Positions 40,592 through 49,717 of a stretch of DNA of 64,000 bases are shown piece by piece. A model generated the notes under the pieces. It made no database searches, had not been told where the DNA came from, and was given only the letters and a program-made list of their open reading frames with translations. Within the stretch, counting starts at the first letter, position 1; each line of letters begins with the position of its first letter. Location of the stretch: contig OZ251539.1 of NCBI GenBank assembly GCA_965243135.1, positions 4,832,001 through 4,896,000 of the forward strand, given 5' to 3'. The DNA is from Alphaproteobacteria bacterium. GTDB taxonomy: Bacteria; Pseudomonadota; Alphaproteobacteria; MPNO01; UBA830. The position numbers and the translations under genes are program-made.

Positions 40592-42007
40592 TCACAGATA
40601 GTCTTCCAGCTTTACCTTGCCCCAGTTCAACGGGAAAGCCTCCTGAAAGTCGGTCTCGCCGCGATGCGGCTTCGCGGTGGCGTCGATCCCGATCTTGCCG
40701 ACGAGTCGGAAGGGTTCGTGACCGGGAATGATCGCTCCTGAAGGTTCGTACAGCGATCCCCGCGTCGCGGGGACGACGAAGATGTCGCGGGCCGGATCCA
40801 CCCGCGTCGCCATCGCGCGGTAAACCGCTCCAGGATCGTCGATGTCGGTGTCGGGGCTGACGGCGACGACCATCTTGGTGTTCAGCCAAGGCGCTCCCAT
40901 GGCCTGCATCAGCGCGTCGTTGACGAACCCCGGCCGGGGATATTCGACCTGGATTACGCAGCTGACCGCCGCGCCCCACGGCGGAAATCGCACGTCGTGG
41001 ACGGTCAGTCCGATCTCGCTGATCCGGTTGTAGAGCACCGCCTCGTGACAAAGGCGCGGCAACGGCTGGTGATCGGTGTCCGGCACCGTCTGGTGATTGC
41101 GGTAGATCGGCCGGTCCGAACGCTTCGTTATCGCCGTTACGTTGAGGCGGGGAATCTTCTGCTTCTTGGGAAGGAAATAGCCGGTCGGCGCGTTGACGCC
41201 GCCCGCATCGTGCGTTTCCGAGAGATCGACCAAGGCCTCGACCACGATTTCCGCATGGGCCGGCACCCGGAGATCGATCGTCTCGCAGGGAACCATTTCG
41301 ACGTCCCGGTCCATGACGGTGCCGACCATCTCCATCTCGCCCCAGAGATCCATGTGCAGGCCCGAGAAGTTCGCCGTGATCTCGTAGGCCGGGTGGACGC
41401 CGAAAACGAGGGCGATCGGCATCTCGTTCAAGCCCATGTCGCGGTATTTCCGCATGATGAGGTGGGTATGCGGCGTGGCGAAGCTTATGAAGCCGTGGCG
41501 GGGTCCGACCGGCGTGGTTCCGGCATGCGACGAATTGTAGAAACCCGTTTCAGGATCCTTCACGATATTCATCGCCGAGATGTAGCGCTCTCCTTCCTCG
41601 GCGGAATGAACGGGAACCGGCAGCTTGAGCCAGTCGACGTCCTTGCCGGTGAGGATCACCTCCTTGACCGGTCCCGTCGCGACGTCGACGAGACCGCGCG
41701 GCGGCTTGCGCAATCGCTGCGCGAGGGTCGGCAGGTAATCCTCCCGTGCCACGCCGAGAGCGCGGCATTGGGACCACCGATGCTTGACGAGGATGTCGCA
41801 CAGCCGGAAATCCGGGTATTCGACGATGTTCTCGAACAGGATCGGTCCTTCCGACTGGGCCGACAACGCCCCGATGTCGTCGATCGAAACCGGTTTTTCG
41901 ACCACTGTCAGGATATCCGAGTTCGTGTCGAGATATCCTCTCAGGTCCGCGTCGATAGGACGATTGCGCCCTGCCGCGGCCTCGCGGGCGGATCCGTCGG
42001 CGGCCAT
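40592..42007 (-). CDS. UbiD-family decarboxylase
   Basis: LFENI, LPVP.H..E.G.YI, VPAHAEIVVE, DIDDP..V..AMATRVDP, KIGIDAT. Confidence 0.88.
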   Translation of the reverse strand: MAADGSAREAAAGRNRPIDADLRGYLDTNSDILTVVEKPVSIDDIGALSAQSEGPILFENIVEYPDFRLCDILVKHRWSQCRALGVAREDYLPTLAQRLRKPPRGLVDVATGPVKEVILTGKDVDWLKLPVPVHSAEEGERYISAMNIVKDPETGFYNSSHAGTTPVGPRHGFISFATPHTHLIMRKYRDMGLNEMPIALVFGVHPAYEITANFSGLHMDLWGEMEMVGTVMDRDVEMVPCETIDLRVPAHAEIVVEALVDLSETHDAGGVNAPTGYFLPKKQKIPRLNVTAITKRSDRPIYRNHQTVPDTDHQPLPRLCHEAVLYNRISEIGLTVHDVRFPPWGAAVSCVIQVEYPRPGFVNDALMQAMGAPWLNTKMVVAVSPDTDIDDPGAVYRAMATRVDPARDIFVVPATRGSLYEPSGAIIPGHEPFRLVGKIGIDATAKPHRGETDFQEAFPLNWGKVKLEDYL

Positions 42008-42249
42008 TGACGCTCTCCTCTCCGAATTCGGCGAGCGCAGAGGCTACCATACCGCGCCGGGGAATGCGCTAAGCGTTTTCGGTGCGCCATTTTTTGCCAG
42101 CTGCCCGTCCGTTCGGCGCCGTGCGGTTCGCTCCGGCCGTTCGATGACGGATCTGCGTGCGTCACGCGGATGCTCGACTTTCAGAACAAACGCGGAAATT
42201 GCTGCGACGCCGCACGGCGAATCCAGGTCAGCCGGACCGTGGCCTGAGC

Positions 42250-42750
42250 GAGCGCGACGGTTCGCCCCTCATGCCTGGATCAACCATGGCGTCGTCTCCA
42301 GCGACGGGTGCAGCTCGAACGGCTGGCGCAGGAACGCCGCCGTCGGCCGTAATCGGCAAGCGGCGCGCCCCTGAAAGGCCTTCACCCGCCGATGCTTGAA
42401 TTGCGCGTCCCGGCGCTGGCTGCCATCCAGCGGTTTGGCCTGCAGGCTGCAGCCCGCATGGTGAAGCGTTCACCGTCCGCTCGCTGACGCCCGGCCGCCC
42501 GAAACTCCTCCGCCAACGCGCTGCTGCATGTCCAGCGCAACGGCCCCGACGGGTCGCCGTGCGTCGCTGGGTCCACCACTTCTCGAGAGCGGCCGGCAGG
42601 CCCGGTCATGTTCGGCGAGCGACTTCCGGCCGCCGTCCGGACCACATGTCCGGCTGATCGAGTTCCCCCGGCCTTGGTTCTCGGCATTCCAATCGCTTCG
42701 GCGATCCGTGCCCCGCCGTCCCGGCACTTCGACTCACCGGCCAAACATCC
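42250..42750 (-). pseudogene. ISAzo13-family transposase remnant
   Basis: VVDPATHGDPSGPLRWT, SLQAK..RDAQFKH and ITADGG fragments across frames. Confidence 0.65.
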
Positions 42751-42787
42751 CTTACTGCCCCGAGGCAGAGATTGCCGAACGCCAAGG

Positions 42788-42819
42788 TTGCATTTCGGGG
42801 GGGGGGGGGGGGGTACGGT
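42788..42819 (+). promoter_or_regulatory. Putative promoter with a G17 tract in the -35/-10 spacer
   Basis: TTGCAT (42788-93), TTC, G17 (42797-42813), TACGGT (42814-19); AGGAGAGG RBS and ATG 42848 follow. Confidence 0.6.
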
Positions 42820-42847
42820 TGTCGTGCACGGTCAGGAGAGGAATGAC

Positions 42848-45445
42848 ATGACGCATTGTACAGCTAAAGCTTGTTTGGTGATCATCTGCGGTGCCGTGCT
42901 GGCGCTCGGGGCCTGCACGTCGAATCAGGCAAAGGACACGCTCAGGGCCGAACGCGATGCGGCGCGGGCCGAACTGATGGTCGCGCGGGACATGTTGGCC
43001 CAACTGCAGGACGCCCAGAAAAGGGTGATCGACAATCCGAACGACGAGCAGGCGCAGGCGGCGCTGCGGGAGACGCTCACCGACGCCGAGGACGCCTTGA
43101 AGACGGCGGAGACAGGGGTCGAGGCGCTGCCCGCCACGGCCGGCACGGCCGCGGTACGGAAGGCGCTGGCATCGACCCGGACGGCGCTCATCCAGGTGAG
43201 GAGGCTCTATACCTCAACCTCGTCCGAGCGGATCTCGTTGGCCCAGGCGCAAGCCGCCCAGATGGACGATTTGCTGAGCATGGCGCGGGCCGCGGTGGCC
43301 CAGGCGCAGACCGATCTGGCCGCCGCGCAGGGGGCGCTGGAGGAGATGCCGAACGACGCGGCGCGGATGTTCCTGGCGACGGCGCAAAATGCGCTCGCCG
43401 TCACCCAGCTCTCGCTGTTGCCCCAGCTCGCCAGAGCGCTGGATCAGTCGACGCCGCGGCCGCCGGAACCACCGGCGCCGACCGCGGAGGAGCAGGCGTT
43501 GCGTTCGGCGCAAACCGGTTTGACGGATGCGCAGACCGCGACCGGGCAGGCCAGGACGGCGCTGGCGGCGGCCCAGGCGGATCTGGAGAAGGTGGAGGCG
43601 GATTTCCAGGCGACCGCCGATGCCTGGGACGCCGACACCACGGACGAGCAGAAAACGGCGGATCGCGAGGCCGCCCAGATGCGGAGACAGGCGGCGCAAA
43701 CGGCGCTGGCGGCCGCGCAGACGGCCTTCGTGAATGCGCGCGAGGCGGAGAGGATGGCCGCGGCGACGCTCGCAACGGCCGCGGCCGCGGCCCTGGCCGA
43801 GGCGGCCACGGACGACCAGCGGACGGAGGCCAACGCAGGTGCGGCGGCGGCCGCGGCGGCCGAAACCGCAACGCGCGCCTGGGCCGCCACCCGCATCGCC
43901 GCCGACGCCGGGTTGGCGGCGCCTCCCCTCATCCTGAACCAGGTCCCCCCCGGATCGACGGGGGGCGCACCCTTCACCGCGCGGGTCACGCTCACGCCCA
44001 GGGAGGCGGCGTTTGCTGACTGCACCGTGAACATGCCCTGCCCGAACCCGAACGGGCTGGACATCGCGACGGAGGCGGTCGCCTGGGCCGCCGGCAAGAC
44101 GGTGCTCTCGCCCGGCGCGACGGGCGAGAGCGATCACTTCCCGCTGCGGGCGGTCTCCATGCGCGGCGACATAAGGCCCAGCCCCGAAGGCGCCACCGAC
44201 GACGAGGGCGGCACCACGCCGAAGATCCCGGTCGTCCAGGGGGCGACGACCGACACCGACGGCAACGCCATCACCCCGTCGGGCAGCTACCAACGCCATT
44301 ACCTGAATCCGGTGACCAGCTCGATCCGCTTCACGCCCGACGGCATGGTCTTCAGGACCGGCGGGGAAGGCACCGTCATGAGCCTCTTCAAGCACGATCT
44401 CGACAGGTCGTCGAGCCGGGGCCGGGACGGGATCAACTCGCCGGGAAATTGGGGGACGCAGGACTCCGGGAACAACGTGATGTCGGACGATTGCAGCGGG
44501 GCCTATCCGGCATATTGCTACGACTTCAACCGCAGCGACGCGGAGATCTCCTGGGGCGCGCCCTACGCCGACCCCGACGGCGAGCCCAACTACTACTGGG
44601 CCTCGCGCTACGGGTTGAGCGGAAACCAGCCCCAGCCCGATCCCGAAGACAGCGACGGCCGTCGGCTCGCGGCCCATGGCGCGCTGGGCGACCTTCGGGT
44701 CTGGCTGTCGAACCATGGCGGCCTCGACGCGGGCGCGCTTGCGGACGATGCGGGCGACGACGCCGACCGCTACCTGTCCTATGCGGCCTACGGCCTGTTC
44801 GTGTTCACCGACTATATCGACGAGTATCCTCGGCCGGGCCTCTTGCAGGGCTTCCACTTCGGTTACGACGCCTTCCGGGACGCGGACAACATGAGGACGA
44901 CCGACCGTGCGGCCTCGATCGAGGCCACGTTCCGGGGCAGGACTATGGGGATGATCCTGCATCCCAGGAGCAATTCGGTGGGCAGCGAAAGTGCGCCCCA
45001 TGTCCTCCACTTCACCCGCTTGCGGGGCGACGTGACCCTCAACGCCTGCATCGGCGCCGGCGCCTGCACGGGCACAGGCATTCCCACCGGCTCCAACAAG
45101 ATCATGGGCAACATCGCCAACCTGCAATCGCTCGAAAACGGCATCTGGCAGAAGAACCAATTCCTCAGAAATGGGGGGGACGGCCATTCCCATGAAGGGT
45201 TCGCGATCCTGTTGGCGGAGGGCGACATCGCAGTCGACGGCAGCTACAAGGGCCATGCGGATCCGTGGGATACTTCGTGGAACAAGGGCGAGTACAGCGG
45301 TGTCCTCTACGGCCCCGCGGACAAGCTCGAAACCGCCGGCTGGTGGCGCATCGAGACGGACTCCACCCACCAGAACCGGCGTGTGGCCGCGTTCGGCAGC
45401 TTCGGGGCCTGCCAGCCGGATGATTGCCGCGTGACGGCGCCGTAG
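42848..45445 (+). CDS. Large lipoprotein: Ala-rich coiled-coil stalk plus TbpB-like C-terminal beta-barrel
   Basis: Lipobox LGAC at residues 20-23; long A/Q/E-rich helical region; C-terminal ATFRGRT..GDVTLNA..YSGVLYGP..ETAGWW..GSFGA. Confidence 0.75.
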   Translation: MTHCTAKACLVIICGAVLALGACTSNQAKDTLRAERDAARAELMVARDMLAQLQDAQKRVIDNPNDEQAQAALRETLTDAEDALKTAETGVEALPATAGTAAVRKALASTRTALIQVRRLYTSTSSERISLAQAQAAQMDDLLSMARAAVAQAQTDLAAAQGALEEMPNDAARMFLATAQNALAVTQLSLLPQLARALDQSTPRPPEPPAPTAEEQALRSAQTGLTDAQTATGQARTALAAAQADLEKVEADFQATADAWDADTTDEQKTADREAAQMRRQAAQTALAAAQTAFVNAREAERMAAATLATAAAAALAEAATDDQRTEANAGAAAAAAAETATRAWAATRIAADAGLAAPPLILNQVPPGSTGGAPFTARVTLTPREAAFADCTVNMPCPNPNGLDIATEAVAWAAGKTVLSPGATGESDHFPLRAVSMRGDIRPSPEGATDDEGGTTPKIPVVQGATTDTDGNAITPSGSYQRHYLNPVTSSIRFTPDGMVFRTGGEGTVMSLFKHDLDRSSSRGRDGINSPGNWGTQDSGNNVMSDDCSGAYPAYCYDFNRSDAEISWGAPYADPDGEPNYYWASRYGLSGNQPQPDPEDSDGRRLAAHGALGDLRVWLSNHGGLDAGALADDAGDDADRYLSYAAYGLFVFTDYIDEYPRPGLLQGFHFGYDAFRDADNMRTTDRAASIEATFRGRTMGMILHPRSNSVGSESAPHVLHFTRLRGDVTLNACIGAGACTGTGIPTGSNKIMGNIANLQSLENGIWQKNQFLRNGGDGHSHEGFAILLAEGDIAVDGSYKGHADPWDTSWNKGEYSGVLYGPADKLETAGWWRIETDSTHQNRRVAAFGSFGACQPDDCRVTAP

Positions 45446-45472
45446 AACCGAACCGCCCGCTCGGGCGAAGCG

Positions 45473-45508
45473 GGCCCGCCGCGTTCCTCGGAGCGCGGCG
45501 GGCCTTTT
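45473..45508 (+). terminator. Rho-independent terminator
   Basis: GGCCCGCCGCG / CGCGGCGGGCC stem followed by TTTT. Confidence 0.75.
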
Positions 45509-45907
45509 CGCAAGGCGACTCGGCTCCGCGCATGGTGCGCATGCAGGATGCGCCCGGCGTCGCGCATATCGCGACTCCGACGTGAAGACCCGCGCTCGCC
45601 CGCTTCCGCTATTACGAGACGCCGCCGCCGCCGCTCTCGGGCCGGCGGGGAATGGTCCTCCAAAGCGCAAGGTGGCGCCACTCGGGTTACTGCGGGTCGC
45701 GGCCCTGGAATCGGCCGGTATCGAGGCAGACTCCGTGAACCAGCGCTTGAAGCGTCTGCCGACATTGCGGCTGAAGCGTCTGGACGGCCGATCCGAGCGC
45801 ACGCGATAGGGAACGCCCGCGAGCGGGCTTCGGCTCCCGAATGCGCCTGGAACCAGCATCCGTCGTCGATCTCAGCGGGAGCGGCGCGGTAGCGAACGCG
45901 CGTCCGA

Positions 45908-46633
45908 TCAAAAGATCTCCGAAAAGAAATCCCGCATCATCCGGTACGACTGGTTCTTGAGTTTCTCGTCATAGCGCAGCGCGTCGCTGTCCTGATCCTT
46001 GTCGCAGAAGGAGTGGACCGCATGGCCGAACGTCATGACCTGCCAATCGACCCCGGCTTCCGTGAGTTCTTCCTGGAGGGCGTCCATCTGGTCTTTGGGA
46101 GTCACCGGATCGGCGGAACCGTGGAGGGCGAGCACGCGGCCCTTGATGTCGATCTTCGCGTCCGGGTCGACCGGATTGGGAAGCGTGACGTGAAACACGA
46201 CCGTGCCCTGAAAATCCGCGCCGGCCCGCGCCTGTTCGAGCGCGAATCCGCCGCCGATGCAGTAACCGATGGCGCCTTTCCTGGATCCGTCGACAAGGCC
46301 GAGCTCGCTCGCCCTGACGGTAAGCGCTGCGTCGGCGGCCGCGCCGCAGCCCAGCAGGAACGGCAGATCGGCCCGCACCTGACGCGATACCTTCATCAGT
46401 TCGTCATGGGTTTTTTCGCGTTCGCCGTACCCCGCGCCCCACATGTCCGCCATCATCACCACATAGTCTCCTGCCGCGACCTCGTGGGCCATCTCGATGG
46501 AATGACGGCAGACGCCGAGCCAGTCCGGATGCATCAGGACCGCCGGCCGCTTCGCCGCCGCGCTTTCGTCGAAGACCAGCATGCCGACGAAATCCCTGCC
46601 GTCGTATCGATAGGTCACCTCTATCTCGGCCAT
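45908..46633 (-). CDS. Dienelactone hydrolase-family protein
   Basis: AIGYCIGG, HGSADP, AVHSF. Confidence 0.9.
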   Translation of the reverse strand: MAEIEVTYRYDGRDFVGMLVFDESAAAKRPAVLMHPDWLGVCRHSIEMAHEVAAGDYVVMMADMWGAGYGEREKTHDELMKVSRQVRADLPFLLGCGAAADAALTVRASELGLVDGSRKGAIGYCIGGGFALEQARAGADFQGTVVFHVTLPNPVDPDAKIDIKGRVLALHGSADPVTPKDQMDALQEELTEAGVDWQVMTFGHAVHSFCDKDQDSDALRYDEKLKNQSYRMMRDFFSEIF

Positions 46634-46990
46634 TGCGTTCCTCCCGTCCGTCGTTCGCCTCAGTCGAATATAGCGCGACTACGTGCGCTGCGATTTCCTG
46701 CGCCGCGCCCGTTCGGCGGAGAGGCTATCCTTTCGCCGCTTCGCGCGGCCCGCTCTCGGACGGCCTTTTCGCTGTCGTCGAGAATCGGCGGCAAGACGCT
46801 CCCCCGTTACCTCCGAAGGGCGGCAAGGGCGGCCGTTCCGCAACGACATGCCTGCGTTCGAGGGTTGTCGGCTCACCGTCAACGCTGCCTTCGCGTGCAG
46901 CCCTTCCGCCTTGGAAAATCCTTGGCCAAAAGAATTGTCCAAGGATCCGGCTCCATATATCGCGCTTCGCCGTTTTTCGGACGCAACCGA

Positions 46991-47083
46991 TGTGTCTCAT
47001 GTAATTGACACAAAAGCGTTTGTGTAAAGCAATTCCGCGATATACGTTACACAATCTGTTTTGCGTCAAATAGACGAGACACA
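46991..47083. promoter_or_regulatory. Nested inverted-repeat operator array upstream of the Fic gene
   Basis: 37-bp imperfect IR arms 46991-47027 and 47047-47083, each holding TTGACRCAAA-N5-TTGTGTAA; includes TTGACA at 47005. Confidence 0.7.
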
Positions 47084-47084
47084 A

Positions 47085-48200
47085 ATGCAACCGTTCAGGC
47101 CGCAAGAGCTCCCGATCAGGGATATCGAATGGGAACCTCTTATCCCGCTGATAGGGCGAGCCAACCGTTCGCTCGCCCTCTATGACGGGATTCTGCATAG
47201 CGTGCCCAACCCCGAAGTCCTGTTGTCTCCGCTCGCGACCCGGGAAGCGGTGCTTTCGTCGCGCATAGAAGGTACGCAGGCAACGCTCTCCGAGGTCCTG
47301 AAATCCGAAGCTGGCGAAGAACCCGAGCACGAAATGCGACGCCAGGACATCGTGGAGATCGTCAACTACCGCCGTGCGCTTCTCCACGGCGAAAAAGCGC
47401 TTGTCGGAAAGCCGTTCAACCTCAACCTGCTGCTGGAGCTTCACTCGATACTCCTCGAAAGCGCGCGCGGCCGAAACATGGGGCGAGGCCGGTTCCGCAA
47501 TGTCCAAAACTGGATCGGCGAATTCGATTCCCCGATCGAGCGAGCCGAGTTCGTCCCGCCGGCCCCGGAGGCTCTGATGCCCGCGCTGGACGCGTGGGAG
47601 AAGCACTACCACGCGGAATCCCCCGACGGCCTCGTCCAAATTGCCGTGATCCACGCCCAGTTCGAAATCATCCACCCCTTCCTCGACGGCAACGGGCGCA
47701 TCGGACGCATCGTGATACCGCTGTTCCTCGCGGAAAAAGGGCTCCTTTCGCGTCCGATGTTCTATCTGTCGTCGTATTTCGAACGGCACAGGGACGAATA
47801 CATAGCAAGGCTGCGCGAGATCAGCCGACGGAGCGACGGCTGGAACCGCTGGATAGGATTCTTTCTGCGCGCAGTCGAAAAGGAAGCGCGAGCGAACGCC
47901 GACAAGGCGAAAGCGATCATCGACCTCTACGCGGATCTGAAGGAGAGGGTGCTGGTTCTCACGCACTCGCAATACGCCATTCCGCTTCTCGACCAGATGT
48001 TCGAGCGCCCGCTGTTCGGAAGCAGGATGATTCGGTTTCCCGACGGCATCGCGCCGAGTCGGCAAGCCGTATCCGGTCTGCTTCGCCAGTTGCGCGACAA
48101 CGGCATACTGGAAGTCGTGCGGGACGCCCGGGGAAGACGCTCGCAAATCCTGGCCTTGGCCGAGCTCATCGACATCTGCGAACGTGAAGAGGCCGTTTAG
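47085..48200 (+). CDS. Fic/DOC protein with probable C-terminal HTH
   Basis: EAVLSSRIEGTQ inhibitory motif, HPFLDGNGRIGR; ATG 47085 preferred over TTG 47061. Confidence 0.9.
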   Translation: MQPFRPQELPIRDIEWEPLIPLIGRANRSLALYDGILHSVPNPEVLLSPLATREAVLSSRIEGTQATLSEVLKSEAGEEPEHEMRRQDIVEIVNYRRALLHGEKALVGKPFNLNLLLELHSILLESARGRNMGRGRFRNVQNWIGEFDSPIERAEFVPPAPEALMPALDAWEKHYHAESPDGLVQIAVIHAQFEIIHPFLDGNGRIGRIVIPLFLAEKGLLSRPMFYLSSYFERHRDEYIARLREISRRSDGWNRWIGFFLRAVEKEARANADKAKAIIDLYADLKERVLVLTHSQYAIPLLDQMFERPLFGSRMIRFPDGIAPSRQAVSGLLRQLRDNGILEVVRDARGRRSQILALAELIDICEREEAV

Positions 48201-48936
48201 CGGCAATCCCCAGCGACCGGGCCGCCACGAAGAGGTCCGAGCGTTCTTCGTCGGCCAAAGCTTGTCGATGGCGCCCATAACTCCCCGACGCCGCAACGCC
48301 CGCGCATTCGTAGAGAGGCGCCCTTTCGACGAGCGCATCCTTCCTGCGGGCGCCGAACTTCGCGGCGTCCCATCGCCAGCCAAGTCCGCTCGCCGGAGAA
48401 CTCCGGCCGAGGGCGGCTCCGGAATTCCCCGTTCCCGTCAACCTGCTCGAAGCCGTCGACGTGGGGATAGGCGGACCGGAACCCGGCTCGGCGACCGAAC
48501 CGGAGTTTCTGATTTGAACGAAAACGAACGTTCGCGATTGCGGCAGAATTCGACGCGGAGGAGCGGCAAGCGCCGCCGTCCTGTGGACGGCGCTCCGGTC
48601 ATCGACAGGCGCGGTCGCAGCCGCCCGCAGGTTCGCCGGGCCCCGGGCGGGCTGTCCTGCGGGGAACGGGTCGAAAAAACGAGAGCGGATTCCGTGTCCG
48701 CATCGACAGGTTGGACAAGACGACGTCTCTGACGGGGCCGCTCCACGCCGAATCCTGCGCCCCGAAAGAATTTCGGAACGTTCCGCTGCGCTCGAGGCAA
48801 TGCTTTCCAAAACTCCAGTATAGCCGCAATGCCGTCGCCTTACGGCAATTGCAGGCCCGTTTTTCGTCCTACCGTAGGACAAAGGCCATAAAGCAACGGT
48901 CTCGGGCATAATCGAGCGGCCATGCCGCTGCCCGCT

Positions 48937-49197
48937 TCAGCGGCGCTTGTCGAAATACGCGAAGAGTTCCTCGGCGGTCCGGCTGGTTCTGACGTGGCCC
49001 CTCGCTTCTTGGAAGTCCTCGAGGTCGACGATGCCGTCGAGCATGGCCTTCAAGCGTTTTCCTGTTTCGTCGTCGAACCTTTCGGCCGCGAGATCGGCCA
49101 AGAGTTCGCGGCTCGCGGCCCTGAACCCTTCGGCCCGCGCGTCGGAGGCAAGGGCCCTTTCCACGGCTGCGTCGTAATGTTGAGCGAATCCGGTCAT
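48937..49197 (-). CDS. Stand-alone Rpn C-tail cassette 2 (86 aa, 1 heptad)
   Basis: GGAGG RBS then MTGFAQHYDAAVERA..ELFAYFDKRR, paralogous to the tail of 49718-51106. Confidence 0.85.
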   Translation of the reverse strand: MTGFAQHYDAAVERALASDARAEGFRAASRELLADLAAERFDDETGKRLKAMLDGIVDLEDFQEARGHVRTSRTAEELFAYFDKRR

Positions 49198-49285
49198 CGA
49201 TCCTCCAAGTGCGGTCTCGGGGGAGACCAACTCTGCAGCCGGGCGTTTTCGCAGTCCCGCGGTGTCGGCCGGAAAGACGCTCGCT

Positions 49286-49630
49286 TCATCGGCGCTTGTC
49301 GAAATACGCGAAAAGCTCCTGGGCGGTCCGGCTGGTTCTGACGTGGCCCCTCGCTTCTTGGAAGTCCTCGAGGTCGACGATGCCGTCGAGCATGGCCTTC
49401 AAGCGTTCTCCCGCTTCGGCGTCGAATCTTTCGGCCGCGAGATCGGCCAGGAGTTCGCGGCTCAAGGCCCTGAACCCTTCGGCCCGCGCGTCGGATGCCG
49501 CCGCCCGCGCGTCAGATGCCTTTGCTCGCGCGTCGGAGGCTTCGGCCCGTGCGTCGGACGCCTTGGCCCGCGCGTCGGAGGCAAGGGCCCTTTCCACGGC
49601 TGCGTCGTAATGTTGAGCGAATCCGGTCAT
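49286..49630 (-). CDS. Stand-alone Rpn C-tail cassette 1 (114 aa, 5 heptads)
   Basis: GAAGG RBS then the same N- and C-terminal blocks with five RAxASDA units. Confidence 0.85.
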   Translation of the reverse strand: MTGFAQHYDAAVERALASDARAKASDARAEASDARAKASDARAAASDARAEGFRALSRELLADLAAERFDAEAGERLKAMLDGIVDLEDFQEARGHVRTSRTAQELFAYFDKRR

Positions 49631-49717
49631 CGATCCTTCAAGTGCGGTCTCGGGGGAGGCCAACTCTGCAGCCGGGCGTTTTCGCAGTCCCGCGGTGCCG
49701 GCCGGAAAGATGCTTGT

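Noticed and set aside
48230-48380. Possible Uma2 endonuclease remnant (LYE.AGV.ELW) on the - strand
   Set aside because: Too short and needs frameshifts; cannot be supported without a search
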